64,000 nucleotides of DNA from NCBI GenBank assembly GCA_010909165.1, contig VJWM01000226.1, forward strand, positions 186,001 to 250,000. The letters are read 5' to 3'. The notes under the pieces were generated by a model. That model saw only the letters and a program-made list of their open reading frames with translations, was not told the DNA's origin and ran no database searches. The translations under genes were made by a program, and so were the position numbers. Source of the DNA: Anthoceros angustus (taxonomy: Eukaryota > Plantae > Anthocerotophyta). Positions 38,601-48,546 of this stretch are shown here, piece by piece; the stretch's first letter is position 1, and every line of letters begins with the position of its first letter.

Positions 38601-39354
38601 CAGCATGCAGTCATGAGGGACTGGTCACGAGGGTCGCAAGCACTTTGATTCCATGGCTGAACAGCATGGCATCAAACCTACTATTGAGCATTACAATTGC
38701 ATGATTGATCTTCTTGGGCGTGCAGGCCATTTAGATGAGGCAGAAGATGCTATTATGTGAGGGCCAAAGTAATGTTGTGGGGTTGACGTCTTTGAATGCC
38801 TGCAAAAGTCACGGGGATATAGAGGGCGATGTGGTGTTTTGAAAGCATAGGCTGACCTCAAAGGGCGTCTGCATGTATGGCCAATGCCTACGCAGATGCA
38901 GGTAGGTGGACCGATGTGGACAGGATTGAAAGACAGAGAATGGTAGCAGGAGCAAACAAGAAACCTGCAGTGGCAACCGTTGAGGTGAATAAGCAGGTAC
39001 ATAGGTTTCTGGTGGGAGAAAGGAGAGAGGATATTGCACTTAAGGTAGAGAGCACGAATGCACGTCTGAAGCAGGAAAATACCACCAACAAATTTGGTGT
39101 TGAAGCCTCTGTGTGAGCAGGAGAAGGAGGATTTGCTTTGTGGGCATGCTGAGAAGCTAGCACTGGCGTTTGGTCTCTTGAACACTCCGAGTGGGTCACC
39201 TTTAGTGGTAACGAAGAATCTACGCATGTGCAGTGACTGCCACAGTTCCACAGAGATCATGTCAAGGCTAGAACAAAGAGACATTGTTGTAAGGGATGGG
39301 TACCGTGTGCATCGATTCGCAGCTGGGTCCTGCAGTTGTAAGGGTCGACCGTGA
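35634..39354 (+). pseudogene. PPR gene H: PDF-PLS(long)-E-DYW:KP, with several frameshifts as assembled
   Basis: PDF motif at 35831-36001, a 510-aa clean PLS run at 36668-38200 and a DYW:KP end at 39094-39354 (HAEKLA..CSCKGRP). Confidence 0.88.
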
Positions 39355-39729
39355 TAGAAATGAAGAACAGGCGGTTGTCACGGTGTATGCCAGAGAGTAT
39401 TGTCGTTCTCTTGTGGGTGAATGTTTCTAACATCATCCCTTCCCAAACTGAGACATGGACATCGATGGCTAATAGGGTTCGCGTTCAGAATCGAATGAAC
39501 CTCTCCCTTCTGCGATGAAGCAATATGTATTCGACTGATTTAATCAACACAAACCTTAAGTAAGCGTACTTGACATTGGAGCTACCATGTTATTGTGCGT
39601 ATCCGGAACCGTCTTCTTGTTCTCTGGGTACCGGATGCAAAACGAATTGCCAGTTTGCACCTGGGCATCATGCCATAGTACATATGTTGTTACTATGTAC
39701 ACTCATCTTCGGACAGCGGCCCCTGAACG

Positions 39730-42326
39730 ATGTCCACAGTATGGCAACCGGACCCGTTGTGGATCCAAGAAATTGGCGTGTGTACAGGGATTCTACGAGG
39801 AGCCCCCGCTCACCTCGCCTCAGGGAGTCAACCCCTAAGCAACAACCAATCCTCCAGGTGCAGCAGTGTAAGGAGCCCAGCACTTCCACTTCCGAGCAAA
39901 TTTGTGGGAGGAAATGGGCTTTCCAGCGATGGTCGTCGCCAGGAGCAGGAGCACTTGTGGCAACAATTTTTTCTGGACCCTACCATGTGGTCGGACAACA
40001 GACGAGATAAAAAGAGCTCCGGTTCGCCTGACTTCCGGCGTAAGGGGTCTGGCGAGGTCCTGTGGTTAAACAACATGTTCAAACCAGCTTGGGTTGATAA
40101 GCAGCTCGATTCCTTGGACATGCAGATGGGTCATGGTGCCTCTCCTTCGACGTCGAGCTTTCCGGATAAGCGTGAACCTGACAGGCGTGCAGGATTGGAA
40201 ATGGGCGTCGTAACGGCTGAAACCGTGAGCATGTTGTGCCAGCAGGGGCAGCTTTCCGAGGCCGTGGGAGCCCTGGAATCCCTGGCGCAGACAGACTCTG
40301 CTATTTCTCCGTCTCTATTTTACACTGTGCTAAAACTGTGTACAGCTGAGAAGGATTTGGTTATGGGGCGACGAGTACATGATCTCACTATCAATCTTGG
40401 GCACGAGACAGATGCATTCCTTGGGAACCATATTTTGCGCATGTATGCGTGTGGAGGTAGGATAGAGGAGGCCATGGATGTGTTCACCAGGGTGGGCAAA
40501 CCAAATGTCTTTATGTGGTTTTCCATAATTTCGGCACATGCTAAGCATGGGAGGCCGAATGAGGCCATACAACTGTATCACGAGATGCGTAGGTCAGGAA
40601 TGAAAGCGGATGCTCACGTCTTTGTAGCTGCCCTTCAAGCTTGTGCATTTGCGGGCGACTTGCAATCTGGCAGAAAAGTGCACTGTGATGTATTGCGCAG
40701 TGGCATTCCTCCTGGCTTGATTGTTGGCACCTGCCTGGTGGACATGTATGCAAAATGTGGTGATCTGCAAGATGCACGCCGGGTTTTTGACAACATGGCC
40801 ACAAAGGATGTGGTGACATGGATGCCCTGATTGCTGGGTATGCACAGCAAGGATGAGGCCTTGTTGTGTATGGACAGATGGAGCAGGAGACACTGATTTT
40901 GGCTAACCATGTTACTTTTGCTTCCCTTCTTAAGGCCTGTGCAAGCACTGGTTCTGTACAGAAGGGCAGGCAGCTGCACTCACAGATTGTCGAACGAGGA
41001 CTGCTGAATGACACACTGATGGGCACCTGCCTGGTGGACATGTATGCAAAATGTGGTGAACTGAAAGATGCACGCCAGGTTTTTGACAGCATGGCGACAA
41101 AGAATGTGGTGACATGGACAGCGCTGATTGCTGGATATGCACAGCAAGGACTCGGCCAAGAGGCGCTTGTTGTCTATGGACAAATGGAGAAGGAGGGCCT
41201 CATTTTGGCTGATGATGTTACTTTTGCTTGCCTCCTAAAAGCCTGTGCAAACACTGGTGCCTTACAGAAGGGCAGGCAGCTGCACGCACAAATTGTAGAA
41301 AGAGGACTGCTGGATAACGTTGTGTTGGGCAACTGCCTGGTAGACATGTATGCAAAATGCGGTAAACTGGAAGATGCACTATGTGTTTTTGACAGCTTGG
41401 CCACAAAGGATGTTGTGACATGGAATGCCCTGATATCTGGGTATGGTTGTTGTGATGATGGTCAGAGAGCACTAGCTTGTTTTGAGGAGATGTTAGTTGC
41501 CGGTATTCCGCCTGATGATGCTACTTTTACTTGCCTTCTAGCAGCATGCAGTCATGAGGGACTGGTTCATGAGGGTCGCAAGCACTTTGATTCCATGGCT
41601 GAACAGCATGGCATCAAACCTACTATTGAGCATCAGAATTGCATGATTGATCTTCTTGGGCGTGCAGGCCATTTAAATGAGGCGGAGAAGATGCTCTTGT
41701 CATGCGAGAGCCAAAGTAATGTTGTGGGGTTGACGTCTTTGTTGAATGCCTGCAAAAGTCACGGGGATATAGAGAGGGCGTTGTGGTGTTTTGAAAGGAT
41801 TGTTGGGCTGGACCCTCAAAGGGCGTCTGCGTATGTGCTCATGGCCAATGCGTACGCAGATGCAGGTAGGTGGACTGATGTAGACAGGATTGAAAGACGG
41901 AGAACGGTATCAGGAGCAAACAAGAAACCTGCATTGGCAACTATTGAGGTGAATAACCAGGTACATAGATTTCTTGTGGGAGAAAGGGGACTGGATATTG
42001 CTCTTAAGGCAGAGAGCACGAATGTACGTCTGAAGCAGGAAGGAGGCCACGTTCCTGACACAAAGTTGGTGTTGAAGCCACTGTGTGAAAAGGAAAAGGA
42101 AGATGTGCTTTGTGGGCATGCTGAGAAGTTAGCTCTGGCGTTTGGTCTCTTGAACACTCCGAGTGGGACACCTCTGGTGGTAACGAAGAATCTACGCATG
42201 TGCAGTGACTGCCACAGTTCCACGGAGATCATGTCAAGGCTTGAACAGAGAGACATTGTTGTAAGGGATGGGTACCGTGTGCATCGATTTGCAGCTGGGT
42301 CTTGCAGTTGCAAGGGTCGACCGTGA
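39730..42326 (+). CDS. PPR gene I: PDF-PLS-E1-E2-DYW:KP (GRP), the best-preserved copy, with one disrupted spot at ~40820-40860
   Basis: ORFs 39730-40830 and 40866-42326 join except for a 1-nt and a ~10-nt deletion in one P motif. All the DYW:KP motifs are intact. Confidence 0.9.
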
Positions 42327-43457
42327 GAAGAATGAGGAACTAAATACTGCTCAGGTGGGTACGCCAGAGAACATTCTGTTTTTTCTTGGGTGTGAGCGTG
42401 TTTCTTAACCGATCCCATTCAACCCGACAGAGAGATGGAAAAACTGATCCGCCACTCAGCAGAACAGAAGTATCAGAATCGAATGGATCGGTCCCTTTCT
42501 GGAGTGAAGCAATGTTCACTCTGATTGAACTAAAAACCTTTATCAAGCACATTTATGTTCACATTTAACGTAAATTGCTTGGTAGTACTGTAGTCATACA
42601 CGGTACCTCCTGGGCATTCTGCCGTGGTTTGTTGTTACTTCCGTTGCTTCTGTGTCATGTTTCACTGATAAAGCTTTGGGGGGGTTGTGTGAGTGAGACC
42701 ACGTTTTTGTTGAATTAAATTGAATTTAGATCCAGGGCCACACTTCGTTCGTGCTCAGAATGGTATAGTTCACTTTCTGTCCAAGTTTGTTAAGCACTCT
42801 CTGCACACTTGGCCTGTATGTTCACAAAACAATCACAGACAAGCAAATCTTCCTGGCCAACAAGTCACGCGTCTGCTGTCCAGATTTCAAGTCTGATCAC
42901 CTTGCTCAGGCTCGAAGGGCTGCCACAAATGTCCATCTGGCTCCACACTCCTCAACTGCCTCAGTGACATGGCCCTGATGATGTTCATAGCTAGCTCACA
43001 ATTTTGGCCGTCACCCCGCTTTCGCATCCTGCAGGCCTGCCAGGGCCGCCAACTCACTAAATGGATGTCTTTGGAGTGTTGCTCATGGTCTGATGGATTT
43101 AACTGATGATCTCGACAGGGACCTAGCTTGCTATGGCATGCTCCGCATCTACGTCTATGGTTTGGAGGCCAGAGGGCTACGGAAAATCCTCAGGCCATGT
43201 TGTGCGTGGTAGAAGCATTTTGTGTCCCAGCTGCCGCGGGTGGGTCCACGCCATGGATGTCGGGAGGTTGACAGGGTGTGTCCTCCACCTGACATCAAGA
43301 AACCAAGGATCGCCGAACAAAGAAGACGCCAGATGCAGCACCTTTCCAAGGAAGGCAGCCGGTCCAACAGGATGTGTGGCTGGAACAATGTCTTCCAGCC
43401 TCCTGGAGCTCTTGTCGAATAGCTGCCATCCGCCTGCGTTCCGACAGAGAGAGTCCC

Positions 43458-46400
43458 ATGGCCAGGAGGTGCTCTAGGCTAGACAAGTTGTACAAGTCAG
43501 CTTGGGTGAATGCCCAGCTGGATGCTCTTGATGTGCATGTGGATCGTCTCGTCCCTACATCCAGGTCTGCAGGATACGAAATTTGCGTAACGGCTGACAC
43601 CGTGAGCAGACTATGTCAGGATGGGCAGTGCAGTGAGGCCGTGGAGGCTCTGGGAATTCTGGTGCACACGGATTGCTACGTTTCCAGATCTCTGTTTTAT
43701 GCGGTTCTGAGAGAGTGTGTGGCTAGGCGGGATCTGCCTCTAGGTCGCCGTGTTCATGCTCTGTCCGTGAGGAGGGGGTATGAGTCGGACACGTTCCTGT
43801 GCAATCACATCCTGCGAATGTATGCTTCTCATTGCAGGTTGCAAGAATCTGTAGAGGTGTTTTCTGTGGTTGCCAACCCAGATGCCTTCACGTGGTCTGC
43901 CATCATTTCCGCGCATGTTAAACACGGACTAGATAAGCAGGCCATCCAACTATATCACCGGATGCGAAGTTCAAATGTGAAGCCGGATGGCCATGTATTT
44001 GTAGCAGCCCTCCAGGCTTGTGGGAGGGGAGCGGACTTAAAGTCTGGGCAGCAGGTGCATGCTGATGTGTTGGGTAGTAGAATTGAGCCTGACCTGTTTG
44101 TCTCTAGCTGCTTGGTGGACATGTATTCAAAGTGTGGCAGCTTGGACTATGCTCAAAGATTGTTTGACGGGCTCCCTCAGAAAGATGTGGTGACGTGGAA
44201 TGCAATGATAGCTGGATACTCCCAGCAGGGCATGGGGCAGAAAGCCCTTTGTCTTTACAACGCTATGGAAGAAGAGGGGCTGGTTGCGCTAGACTCTGTG
44301 ACATTTGTGTGCCTCCTGCAGGCATGTTCAAGTGTGGGACCCCCTGCCTTGGAGAAAGGGAGGCAGCTTCATATAGCTATCAGAGCACAAGGACTTGAAG
44401 CTGACCTGTCTGTAGCCAGCAGTTTGCTGAATATGTATGCAAAGTGTGGCAGCTTGGGAGACGCTCGAAGAGTGTTTGACAGACTCGATCAAAAGAATGT
44501 GGTGACATGGAGTGCCATGATAGCAGGCTATTCCCAGCAAGGCATGGGGCAGGAAGCCCTTCATCTTTACAGGTCTATGCAGGGTGAATGCCACATTGCA
44601 CCTGATTCTGTGACGTTTGTGTGCCTCCTGCAGGGCTGTGCAAGTTTGGGCATCTCAGCTTTGGAGACTGGGAAGCAGCTTCATGCGCACATTAGACAGC
44701 AAGGACTTGAAGCTGATGTGTTCTTAGCAAGCTCTTTGGTAAGCATGTATGCAAAGTGTGGCAGCCTTGTGGACGCTCGGGACATTTTTAATGGACTAAG
44801 TGAAAAGAATGTGGTGACATGGAATGCCATGATAGCTGGATATTCCCAACAGGGCATGGGGCAGGAAGCCCTTTGTCTTTACAAGTCCATGCAAGAAGAA
44901 GGTGTGACTTCACCCGATTCTTTTACATACGTGTCCCTCCTGCAGGCATGTAGCAGTGTAGGCACCCCCGCTTTGGAGAAAGGGAAGGAGTTTCATGCAC
45001 AAATTGGACAACGAGGGCTCCAGGCTGATATGTTCTTAGCCAACAGCTTGGTAAACATGTATGTAAAATGTGGCAGCTTGGAGGACGCTCAAAGATTGTT
45101 TGATGGGCTTCCTCAAAAAGATCTGGTGACATGGAGTGCCATGATAGCAGGATATTCTCACCATGGGATGGGGCAGGAAGCCCTTCAAGTATATAGAGCT
45201 ATGCAAGAAGAAGGCATTGTTACACCCAACTCTGTGACATTTGTTTGCCTCCTGCAGGCATGTGCAAGCGTGGGCACCCTGGGTTTCGAGATGGGAAAGC
45301 AACTGCATGCACAAATAAGAGAAAAAGAACTTCTAGCTGACGTGTCTGTAGCCAGCAGTTTAGTAAACATGTATGCAAAATGTGGTAGTTTGGAAGACGC
45401 TCAAAGAATGTTTGACAGGCTTAGTGAAAAGAATGTTGTGACATGGAGTACCATGATTGCAGGCTACTCCCAGCAGGGCATGGGGCAGGAAGCCCTTTGT
45501 CTTTACAGATCTATGCAAGAAGAAGGTGCCATCGCACCCAATTCTGTGACATTTGTGTGCCTCCTGCAGGCATGTGCAAGTTTGGGCAACCTGGCGTTGG
45601 AGCAGGGGAAGCAGCTTCATGCACAGATTCAAGAACAAGGACTTCAAACAGATGATCTTATCGCGAGCAGTTTGATAAGCATGTATGCAAAATGTGGCGG
45701 CCTAGAGGATGCTCAGAGTGTGTTTGTGGAACTTGGTAGAAAAACTGTGGTGACCTGGAACGCCATGATAGCAGGATATTCTCAGCAGGGCATGGTGCAG
45801 GAAGCCCTTGATGTCTATGGAGCTATGCAAGAAGAGGGCACGTCTACACCTGATTCTGCGACATTTGGGTCCCTCCTTCAGGCATGTGCGAGTGTGGGCA
45901 CCCTATTTTTGCAAAAGGGGAAGGAGCTTCATGCTCAGATTAGGGGACTAGGACTTGATGCAGATGTGGCGGTAGTGAACAAACTGGTAGACATGTATGC
46001 AAGGTGTGGCAGCCTAGAGGGTGCTCAAGTCTTGTTTGACGGACTGTCTCAGAAAGATGTTGTGACATGGAATGCCATGATAGCAGGATATGCTCGGGAA
46101 GGTATGGGTCAGGAAGCTCTTCGTCTTTATAGTGTTATGCAAGAAGAAGGCATGGCTGCACCCAATTCTGTGACGTTGGTGTCAGTCCTGCAGGCATGTG
46201 CAGGTCTGAGCCATCTGGCGCTTGAGAAGGGGAAGCAGCTTCATGCACAGATTAAGGAACAGGGTCTTCAGGATGACGCCGTTGTAGGTGGGAGCATGGT
46301 GAATATGTATGCAAAGTGTGGGAGCTTAGAGGATGCTAGGAGAGTTTTTGAGGGTCTTGCCCAAAAAACCGTGGTGACCTGGAATGCCATGATTGCAGGG

Positions 46401-48017
46401 TATTCCCAGCAGGGCATGGGGCAGGAAGGTCTTCTTCTGTACAGTGCTATGCAAGACGAAGGCATTACTCCTCCTGACTCGTTAACATTTGCGTCTGTCC
46501 TTCAGGCATGTGCAAGTTTGGGCACCACAGCGCTGGAGAAAGGGAGACAACTTCATGCACAAATTAGGGAGCAAGGGCACGATGCAGATTTATTTGTAGC
46601 CAGCAGTTTGATAAAGATGTATGCAACGTGCGGCAGCTTGGAAGACGCTCGAAGAGTGTTTGACGGGCTTGATGAAAAAGATGTCGTGATGTGGACTTGT
46701 TTGATAGCAGAGTATTCCAAGCAGGGAATGGGGCAGGAAGCCCTTGATCTTTACAGTGCTATGCAAGGAGAAGGCATCGTGTCACCTGATTTTGTGACAT
46801 TTTTGTGCCTTCTACAGGCATGTGCAAGTTTGGGTAATCTAGGTTTGGAGAAGGGAAAGCAGCTTCATGCACAGATCAGAGAAGAAGGACTTCAAGCTGA
46901 TGTGTTTGTGGCCAGCGGTCTTGTTAACATGTACGCAAAGTGTGGCAGCATAGAGAATGCTCAGGGCATATTTGATGAACTTGGTCAAAAAACTGTGGTG
47001 ATGTGGAATGCCATGATTGCAGGCTATTCTCAACACGGCATGCGGCAGGAAGCCCTTGATATTTTCAAAGCTATGCAAGAAGAAGGCATGGTTGCACCCA
47101 ATTCTGTGACATTTGTGTGTCTGCTGCAGGCATGTGCCAATGTGGCAGCATTGCACCTGGGAAGGCAGCTTCATAAACAGATTGAAGAACGTGGGCTTCA
47201 AGCTGATGTGCTTGTCGTCTGCAGTTTGATTAACATGTATGGGAAATGTGGTAGCATGGTTGATGCACAGCAGGCGTTTGATGCATTGCCCGAAAGAACC
47301 GTTGGCATCTGGAGTGCTCTGATTGCAGGATACACCAGACAGGGAGAGAGTGATGTGGTCTTTGACTTGGTATTTAAAATGAGAGAGGATGGCTTACAGC
47401 CAGACGGCATCACGTTTCTTAGTGTACTAACCGTATGTAGTCATACCGGTCTCGTGGAAAAGGGGCGAGAGTATTTTGATACTATGAGCAAAAAGTATGG
47501 CATCACTCCCACTACAGCTCACTACACATGCATGGTAGATATCTTGGGTCGTGCAGGACAACTGGACGAGGCACTAGCTTTAGTGAGGACAATGCCTGTA
47601 ATGCCTGATGCTGCAGTTTGGCACTCTCTACTGGGTGGTTGTCAAAAGTGGAGCAACGTGGAAGTGGGGCGCCATGCTTTCAAGGAAGCAGTGAAGATAG
47701 ACCCTAAAGATGCTACAGCGTATGTGTTGATGTCCAACATATACAACGGTGCCCAGATGTGGGATAAGGCACATAACATGCAGGTGAAGAGGAAACGAAT
47801 GAGAGCTTGGAAGCAGCCAGGCCTGAGCTGGTGGACAGACATGGACGGACTGGTGCATAATTTTTCGGTTAAGGATAAGAAACACCGCCCAAGTCAAACA
47901 AGTTTGACATGCGTTTTTCCGCAGATGACAAAAGAAACTGTCGTGCGGTTGGACACGTCACCGGCAGACATTTCTGTTGAAGAGGAAAATTCTATTCGTG
48001 TGTCTCTTGAAAAGTGA
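43458..48017 (+). CDS. PPR gene J: very long PLS-class protein (~38 motifs)-E1-E2-truncated DYW:WW
   Basis: Intronless ORF (track 43374-48017; first ATG at 43458) with 11 P-L-S triplets, P2L2S2, E1, E2 and QPGLSWWTD. There is no HxE or CxxC before the stop. Confidence 0.93.
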   Translation: MARRCSRLDKLYKSAWVNAQLDALDVHVDRLVPTSRSAGYEICVTADTVSRLCQDGQCSEAVEALGILVHTDCYVSRSLFYAVLRECVARRDLPLGRRVHALSVRRGYESDTFLCNHILRMYASHCRLQESVEVFSVVANPDAFTWSAIISAHVKHGLDKQAIQLYHRMRSSNVKPDGHVFVAALQACGRGADLKSGQQVHADVLGSRIEPDLFVSSCLVDMYSKCGSLDYAQRLFDGLPQKDVVTWNAMIAGYSQQGMGQKALCLYNAMEEEGLVALDSVTFVCLLQACSSVGPPALEKGRQLHIAIRAQGLEADLSVASSLLNMYAKCGSLGDARRVFDRLDQKNVVTWSAMIAGYSQQGMGQEALHLYRSMQGECHIAPDSVTFVCLLQGCASLGISALETGKQLHAHIRQQGLEADVFLASSLVSMYAKCGSLVDARDIFNGLSEKNVVTWNAMIAGYSQQGMGQEALCLYKSMQEEGVTSPDSFTYVSLLQACSSVGTPALEKGKEFHAQIGQRGLQADMFLANSLVNMYVKCGSLEDAQRLFDGLPQKDLVTWSAMIAGYSHHGMGQEALQVYRAMQEEGIVTPNSVTFVCLLQACASVGTLGFEMGKQLHAQIREKELLADVSVASSLVNMYAKCGSLEDAQRMFDRLSEKNVVTWSTMIAGYSQQGMGQEALCLYRSMQEEGAIAPNSVTFVCLLQACASLGNLALEQGKQLHAQIQEQGLQTDDLIASSLISMYAKCGGLEDAQSVFVELGRKTVVTWNAMIAGYSQQGMVQEALDVYGAMQEEGTSTPDSATFGSLLQACASVGTLFLQKGKELHAQIRGLGLDADVAVVNKLVDMYARCGSLEGAQVLFDGLSQKDVVTWNAMIAGYAREGMGQEALRLYSVMQEEGMAAPNSVTLVSVLQACAGLSHLALEKGKQLHAQIKEQGLQDDAVVGGSMVNMYAKCGSLEDARRVFEGLAQKTVVTWNAMIAGYSQQGMGQEGLLLYSAMQDEGITPPDSLTFASVLQACASLGTTALEKGRQLHAQIREQGHDADLFVASSLIKMYATCGSLEDARRVFDGLDEKDVVMWTCLIAEYSKQGMGQEALDLYSAMQGEGIVSPDFVTFLCLLQACASLGNLGLEKGKQLHAQIREEGLQADVFVASGLVNMYAKCGSIENAQGIFDELGQKTVVMWNAMIAGYSQHGMRQEALDIFKAMQEEGMVAPNSVTFVCLLQACANVAALHLGRQLHKQIEERGLQADVLVVCSLINMYGKCGSMVDAQQAFDALPERTVGIWSALIAGYTRQGESDVVFDLVFKMREDGLQPDGITFLSVLTVCSHTGLVEKGREYFDTMSKKYGITPTTAHYTCMVDILGRAGQLDEALALVRTMPVMPDAAVWHSLLGGCQKWSNVEVGRHAFKEAVKIDPKDATAYVLMSNIYNGAQMWDKAHNMQVKRKRMRAWKQPGLSWWTDMDGLVHNFSVKDKKHRPSQTSLTCVFPQMTKETVVRLDTSPADISVEEENSIRVSLEK

Positions 48018-48546
48018 AACCTTCCTCTCCCAGCTGCAACACGGCAACCGTACCGGTACCCTAAAGGTTTGGTTACTTCTTATCGTCCTTACCCTTAAAA
48101 GACCAAAGATTATCTATACTTATCAATAGTCAATCATACAATATTCACCTAGTATATCTTATATTTACTTAGTACATCCTACCTATAATACGAACGTCAA
48201 CCAAAGGATACAAACTTATGGAAGTCATTGTCTAGCTGGTCATGTTTATTTCCCTTCTACAACATCAAAATTGTCCAATTATGCAAGGAGGTTAGTAAAA
48301 GAATCACCTAAGGGTATGCAGAATTCAAATACCTCGGTCTAATCTACGAAGCCAAGTGGCGTACCCTATGTTATCCCTGACAAGAGGCCCTCGCAGCGCA
48401 CGTCAGCAAAGGCCAACTAAATAGATTTCTGCCTTGGGTCGAAGACATATCTACTCATAGAAAACAGCGTGATATACTCTCACTGTCCCTACATACATCC
48501 AGAGAAGGACACCTAAATTATTCTAAAATACATACAATTATAGTAT

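Noticed and set aside
5700-42300. Many long antisense or alternative-frame ORFs (e.g. 6620-7426, 32660-33574, 37042-37578)
   Set aside because: These are shadows of the repetitive PPR coding strand and carry no independent motifs.
48113-48420. Second Helitron-like end (TCTATACTTATC... to ...CAACTAA)
   Set aside because: The 3' hairpin is unconvincing and the end is not followed by T.
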